Of a DNA stretch of 64,000 nt, positions 57,403 to 64,000 are shown piece by piece. Position 1 is the stretch's first letter. Each line of letters begins with the position of its first letter. Source of the DNA: Halocafeteria seosinensis (lineage: Eukaryota); the NCBI GenBank assembly GCA_001687465.1, contig LVLI01000305.1:124001-188000 (forward strand), read 5' to 3'. The notes beneath the pieces were generated by a model. The model saw only the letters and a list, made by a program, of their open reading frames with translations, was not told where the DNA came from and did no database searches. The translations under genes were made by a program, and so were the position numbers.

Positions 57403-59883
57403 TTACATAATCACACAATTCTGGTTTTGGTTTTGAGCTTGACCCTCCCTAATTCGAGCAGGAGTACCAGGTGCCCCAGGCTGCACGGGTACACCATCCA
57501 CCATGCTCACTTCCCTGCCTTCATCATCAAGTAGGACGGCCTTATCCCCTTGATTGTTCCAGATATATCTGGAGGTCCAGTACAAATGCCGAGGTGGGTC
57601 CTCCATACTTGCAGCGCCCGGACCAGACCAAACAGTGACAGTCTCCCCAGGTTGCAAGACAAAGTTATCCGGAAACCTAAAGGTCTGTTCACCTATGTCG
57701 CTGCGAAGCGACCATCCATCCATGTTCAACGGTTCCTCCAAGCGGTTCTCAACAGACACCTTCTCTTCCACAAGATCAACACTAAAGCCCGTCCCTTGCC
57801 GCAATTGTTCATCTGCCGGTTCTAAGCCTTCTTCAGTCATTTCTACACTGTCAACACTTGAGGATCTGCTGCGAGTCTGTGGAATATGGGTATCGTGCGT
57901 GCGGCTACGTCGTGCGTAGCCGGCGCGTTTCTTCGAAGAGCTTTGCCTCGTCTGTCTCCTCGTAGTTGGACGACTAGGAGAAGCAGCCGTGTCTACATCG
58001 TCGGCGCCGGCATCCTCCTCGTCATCGGCAACGTCGCCTTGCTCGGAAGCTTCGTCTCGAGTACTCTGCTTACGGCTTTTCCTTGCAGCCTCGCTATGAG
58101 AAGCAGTGGCTCTTGTTCTCTTTCTTGTCGATGACGACGACATCTCTAAGCTGCTACTGCTAAACTGTTCCGTGGATTCAATATGAGAGATTCTATCCGA
58201 CGCGGACCGTGGAGCTGGTGCGTTCGACACCTCCTCAGCAGCGCGTTCAATCTCCTCGCGGGCTGCAGCAGCACGCCCTGTTCTATCTGGAACATATTCT
58301 GTGTTTCCCCCGAGCAAGGGACGACTATTGGGACTTTGCAGGTTATAGTAGTTTTCCTCATCCTCCAGGATGCGGCGGTAGTGATCGATCTCTGCATCAA
58401 GGTTAATCTTGACATCCATCAGTTCATTGAATTCATCCTGAGTTGCTTCCTTGGCCTCGCGTTCAGCCGCCACTTGAGCTTGAAGTCGCTTGAGAGATTG
58501 ATGGTATTCATCTTCAGCCGATAGTAGCTGCTCTTCTGCCTTCTTCAGCTTCCCTTGGAGAACGTTTACATACTGCTGATGCTTCTGCTCGGTGTCTCGC
58601 ATTTCATTCCATTCTGATCGCAAACGTTCGCTTTCTTCCCGCGCCGACTCTACGCGATCATGTAATTGACCGATTTCGTCTTCGTACTGTTGGCGCAAGT
58701 CTACCTCTAGCTGCTCTAGCTTCTCATTCAAATATTTCTCCCAATCTTCTCGAGCCTTTTGCAGCTGCGTTTTTGCTCTAGCTTGTGCATCCGCCAACTC
58801 AGTATCATACCGTTGTTTCAGGTCATTCCGCTCCGTTTCAAGGGATTCTCTTCTCGATTTTTCTCTTTGAAGCCTGCGATAAACGAGGTAAGCGAAGGTC
58901 AATGGGAGGTCGGCTGTGAAACGCTCAAGTATCCACTTACTCGTTGTTGACTTCCGTCTTCTCGCTAAGTGCTTGTTCCAATTGATCCCGGAGTTGTTCA
59001 GCATTGTCTTCCGCGCTAGCAAGACGGTTCTTCAGATGTTTCACTTCCTCCTCCAGCTCACGGGCTCTTTCACGATACTGGTTTCTATCACGCTTTATCT
59101 GAGCATAGTCATGGGTCTCCTGTCTGAGTTTCTCCAAGTCAGCTTCCGCTCTTTCAGCCCTGTTCTGCTCTTCTCGTGACTCTCTTCTAGCTTCCTCGAG
59201 GGACTTCGTCAACTCCTGGACCTGTTCCTCATGTTCTTCTGTAAACCGGCTGAACTTTTCGTTGTATTCCTCTATCGTTGTATTGACCTGTTCAGCGAGT
59301 CTATCACGTTCATCTCGAAGAGCTTTGTGGAAAGATACTGGAGTTCAATAAAGTATACAACGGATAGAATCGTATACGGTTACCGCCCGTCGAAGTGAAG
59401 GTTGAGTCACATACCATAGTTTTCCAAACGAGTATTCAAATGTTGCAGATCCTGCTGCTCTTTGGCGCGTGAAGGCTTGTGCGGAGTCGGTGTTTTCCCT
59501 CGCAGACTGCCCACGCTGCTCCGACGTTGCTCAGTAGTCTCTGAGCGCTCGGTGCCCGGAGTGTGCCTTGCCCAGGCACCCGAGGAGGAGCTATTAGGCC
59601 CTAACGAATGACCTCTACGAGTGGTCGTCGTGGTGCTGGTCCTCCTCACAGAGCTTGAATGATGCTCTTCCTCATGAGTGGCTTTGCGCGATGAAGAGCC
59701 AGCGGAGGCGCTCTTCTTGACGGACGATTGCTGCTGTCTTGTTTGAGGAGGGCTAACCATGGCCGTATCTTCGGACCCCTCCTCTGCTGTACCGACATCT
59801 CTTTCAGTATTTGCATTATTTTCAGCCTCGGATTCCTCTGCAGCTTTGCGCTGAGCGCGTTTCTGCTTTCGCTTGGATGGCAT
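57403..59883 (-). CDS. Nuclear lamin (intermediate-filament rod, lamin-tail Ig-fold domain, CaaX); ~778 aa, 3 exons
   Basis: Coil-1A KEQQDLQHLNTRLENY; rod end LMDVKINLDAEIDHYRRILEDEE; LTD VSVENRLEEPLNMDGWSL...FRFPDNFVLQPGETVTVWSG; ends CVIM-stop. Introns 59338-59414 and 58874-58940 restore a continuous frame. Confidence 0.9.
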
Positions 59884-61241
59884 CGTATTTGGAGCGTCTA
59901 TTTTCCGTTGCCTGACCTCTGGCTTTCAAAAAATCGCGCGCCAAACAGACGAATATTCGGGCACAGATATGTGAACACACGGAATATCGTTTGAGAAAGG
60001 ACGATCTTCTAAAAAGCAACTTTGCGGGCTGCTCAAAGGCTGATACTGGTCAACAAACCACCAAATAAAAGAGCTTTGTACTGTCTTCTTTCTACCTTCT
60101 AGCGGGGCGGGATTCGTCCCGGCTGCCGGCCCGGCATACGCGGAGTCAGTGGGCCACTGGGTTACCAGTCTGGGTACTCTTTCCGGGCGAAAGTTCCAAT
60201 CCACTCAGAGCACTTTCTGAAGTGACTTAGGCTCTCTGCCCTCTCTATAGTCGGACTTCGTCCGAAAGTATATTACCTATTAGGCTGTTTAACGCATTAG
60301 TAGAACGAAACTGAAAAGGGGAAGCGGAAGTACACAGTTCAGCAGTCCGCAGTGGAAGTCATCTTAATAATGTTATTGCCTAAAAGAAGCAAAATACCTC
60401 GCTGAGGCTGGGATATAAGAAAGGGTAAAGTGGCTCTGAAGCAGAGAAGTTTGGTTGTTCTACAAGACAGACTGTAGGCGCACTAACAGTTGTTACCGCG
60501 CTTGAAGAGATTCGGGACGAGAATTCCATTCATTATCTTAAGAATATAACGAAATGATGCATTCGTTTTAACTGATCGAACACACACGCCATGCTATTAC
60601 AGATCATGGGTGAATCTGCTGCTTACATGTATGAGGCCTCGAGGAATCAAGCGATAGACCTTCCCTAACTTCCTCTCAATATAATACGTTCCCTATTTTA
60701 TTTGTGTCTCATAATTGCTGTACAGCTCTTCCACACAAGAAAGTTATACATGGTGGTACATACAGATGAAGATATAACGATATCATATCCTTTCCTGTGG
60801 AAATTGCAACCGGAACCTGCCGCACTGTATCTCATCTCATATCGTACCACATGGTACCTTCAGTGTGCCACCACATGGCATTGTAAACAATGGCAATTCG
60901 TCATACCGTTGTACAGTTCTGGTACAGAGCGTTTGTAACAAAGGGTACCATATTACAATTTGATAACTTCAAATGGTATGCTGTCAACCTTGACCATACA
61001 TCAGTGAAGTGGACGATGGTGGTACCACCCTCATGCTCATGAGCCACCAGCCGCAGACACTGCTACATTTACTCACAACTGATTCCATGGTACTCACTAC
61101 AGTATCTCTAATCAACACACACAGATCTCTAAGCAGTATCCTGTGAAGTTCAAGCAGTGGGGACTGGCTACGCTTGTTGGTGGTTGTCTAAGAGCCAGGG
61201 TTGGCTGTTGGTTCGGCAAATGGACCTAAAAATTGCATCTA

Positions 61242-63036
61242 ATGGCATCTTCTCCTGCTACTGTCAGCCTGGCGGCACCGACAAGCATGTCGCAGAATGG
61301 CACCACGCCTACAGGACGATCTGGGGATGCAGGTGGGCTGGGGGCTACAGCTAATGGAACAAGCACTGCCAGTAGTATGGAGGATGTCTCTCCCGCAAGC
61401 GCCGGTACTACGCCAGCACGACGAGGAGTGTTGTCCAAAAAGAAAAGCAGAGCGCCGCCCAAGTTTTTCAAACCCTACACGGTCCCGGATTCACCCGAAG
61501 CCATGCGCACTATTGAGGCTGTTTCCTGCTCATCAAATACAGAGACAACTACCACCAATGGGGTGGAACTTACCCCGGAGAAAGTGACAGTGGCTTCCTT
61601 AGGAACCAGGGAGACTGCTGGCGCTTTTCAACCGGGAACCGCAACAGTAGCTTCTAGTGAAGTGTCTAGCATCCGGGAAGCTCCCCAGGCGCAGGAAACA
61701 GCAATGACGTCGTCACAAACCAGCGAAGTAACTGTTAGCGGTCAAGCGTCTCATACGGTAGAAACTGCAGTGGCATCGTCAGTCCCTGACGATGCCACTC
61801 AAGCCATGACTGCCGCTTCAGATACGGATACCACCGCAGCTTCTGGGACTAATTCGTCCATGACGACGACAGACAGCAACACTACACACGAGGGGAGCTC
61901 ATTGGGAAAACGAGATCATGGTTCTTCAGCGGAGAAGACCGAGGGCGAAAGCGCTGTAGACAGGTGAGCAGACGAAATAAACAGGTCGGGTTTCGACTGT
62001 TTAGCCCTTACGTAGTGGTGATTATAAATGCAGATATCGCTGTAAAAAGAGTAAAGCTGAGCAAAGTACCGAGTTAGTTCATTTTCGGAACGAGGACGTG
62101 CAGAGTGGTATGGAGATATCCATGCAAGATACGGTATTGTCTTGTTTGAAGGTGCGTATACACTGGGGTACTCGTTTTCAAAGTGGTGTTATATTCTACT
62201 AGGAATGGGACAAACAGGGACATCGAATGGCTCGAAGTAGTCATGCCGTACTTCGAGGTAGTGGGTGCTGGTATTTTGAATTCGAAATACTACCTACACA
62301 CTATAGAGTCCGCGAAAAGGTCAGCAGCGGAGATAAGACCAACGAGGCGAATTCAGCTCGCATTACTATGCAACAAATTGGTCAAGTTCGAGTGGGACTA
62401 GCGACGAATAAAGCCGATGTGAACTGCTCAGTTGGGTTCGACGGTCATTCGTGGAGCATCAGAGGACAGAATGGCTCGAAAGTTCACCAGGGTGCTCGCA
62501 TCCCTTACGGCGATCCTTTACGTAAGTTGTGTGTGTGTGCACATATATATATCAACAACCATTTTGTACGCGTATGTTTAATGGTACTTCCGTTGGCAGA
62601 AGCTGGAGATGTTGTTGGTTGTGTACTCTTTGTAGGAGCCCCCGATTCCAATCACCACAACGAGGAGCAGTCGTTTGAGTGCAGTCTGACCGCATCAGAG
62701 ACACCGTACCTACGGTTGAGCAACTCAGATACAGGGACTGTTCACTCCCACTCTAGAACATTGCCAGTTCGCTCTTATGTTAGGTTTTATATCAACGGCA
62801 AAGATCAAGGGATTGCATTTGTGAATCTTACAGATGCACAAAAGTACTACGCAGCTGCTTCTTGCTACTTGGGTGGCAGTGTAAGATTGAACGGTGGTCC
62901 CCACTTCACTTTTCCACCGCCGACCTACGAGAGTACGATAGTACATGCAGCGAGGATGGAGGACGGGTCCATAAACTACCAGAAGGATATATGGCCCCAG
63001 GTGTGGACACCTCTGAGTGACTCTAATACCGAGTAA
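61242..63036 (+). CDS. ASH2L/Bre2/TRAUCO-like SPRY-domain COMPASS subunit
   Basis: GHRMARSSHAV..G.WYFEFEI, VRVGLA, VGFDGHSW, GDVVGC, VRFYINGKDQGIAF and YYAAASCYLGGSVRLNGGPHF; 3 introns; S/T-rich N-terminus. Confidence 0.78.
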
Positions 63037-63170
63037 ACGCGACATTTGTGCGTTTTATGTATTCATATGTTTGAAAGGATATCTGTTGCTAGTTGTCCCC
63101 TAGTCATTCCCGAGATCATCAAGAAAATATCGTAATTTACAATTTCATGTGTACTAACAGGTGTTAAAAC

Positions 63171-63871
63171 TTATGCTCCACGGCCAATGCCTCCACCTCT
63201 TCTGTAGTCACCACCACCGAACTTAGGACGGAACTCTCCTGAAGGAGCACCTTTATCACCGCGGCCAAAGCCACCACCGCGGCCTCCACCTTCTTGGCGT
63301 TCACCTCCAGGGCGGGCTGCTTTGGTTGTGGGCCTCATCAGAGTTGCCGGCTGGATTTCGCTAGGCAAAGCAAGGTAATTACGAAGGTATTCGATTCCTT
63401 CATCAGTGAGAAAGTAGTAAAACCAGCGCCAGTTGTAGATCAAACGGACGTATCCTCTGGAGTTTAATGACTTCATCACTTGCATCACATGCAGATTAGG
63501 TACCTTGCATTCTGCGTGGACCTCTTTGGAAGGGTCTTTCTTCACAGCAAGTGCTCCCTCTGCAAAAAAAATCCAACACCGACCGACGAAACGTGAGTTA
63601 TACCGATACTATAAGAAGAATCCAGGGTATGTCTGTCATGAAGATGCTGGTGGAATCATCGGCGATATTTACTCCGATTAATACCACTACGGAACGACTT
63701 GTGCCCTTGCCATCAACCCTCTTTTCTTTCCATCTTCGGCCGATTTCGCCGGCAAAAAGCTACCACCACTGGGACACATAGAGGCACACTACACGCTAGG
63801 GGAGTTTGCCATAACTTACCTCTAAAGAGGGTAGAGTAGATAGCTACCCAATGAGACTTCGGCATAAACAT
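63171..63871 (-). CDS. RPS10: 40S ribosomal protein eS10
   Basis: MFMPKSHWVAIYSTLFRE, intron 63560-63819, GALAVKKD...VPNLHVMQVMKSLNSRGYV...WFYYFLTDEGIEYLRNYL; RGG tail. Confidence 0.96.
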
Positions 63872-64000
63872 CTTGGTCTGCTTGTGGGGTGGGAAACAGT
63901 GAAGATTTCAATCAAATAAACGGACTCTCTCTATCTTCAATCTGCACAGATGAAACCATAATCAGTGAATAAACATATGGTGGAGAATTCGTATCGTATG

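Overview
Gene-dense eukaryotic nuclear DNA from a protist, read with the standard code and carrying short canonical GT-AG introns (mostly ~55-90 nt). A flagellated stramenopile-like organism is my inference from gene content, not something proven here. About 25 protein-coding genes can be reconstructed, most by joining ORF fragments across introns. In order: a partial membrane protein, VPS53, two tandem TMC/OSCA-superfamily channel paralogs, an AKAP14/AKAP28-like protein, a DHHC-family acyltransferase with an SHHC motif, SF3B5, ALG12, two unknown proteins (one with a RarA/MgsA C-terminal-like domain), RPB6, a TBC protein with degenerate catalytic fingers, a PH/coiled-coil protein, methionine aminopeptidase, a TM-RING-H2 protein, an ankyrin protein, a NEK kinase with a TPR module and CaaX, SWR1 fused to WW/F-box/beta-helix, long-chain acyl-CoA synthetase, GalE, WDR83, a TAF11-like histone-fold protein, a complete lamin (rod + lamin-tail domain + CaaX), an ASH2L-like SPRY protein and RPS10. 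I found no rRNA, tRNA, CRISPR array or intact transposon. The most striking items are the B-type-like nuclear lamin in a non-animal genome, the NEK-TPR-CaaX kinase and the SWR1-WW-F-box-beta-helix fusion. All family calls rest on motif recognition by eye; no searches were run.
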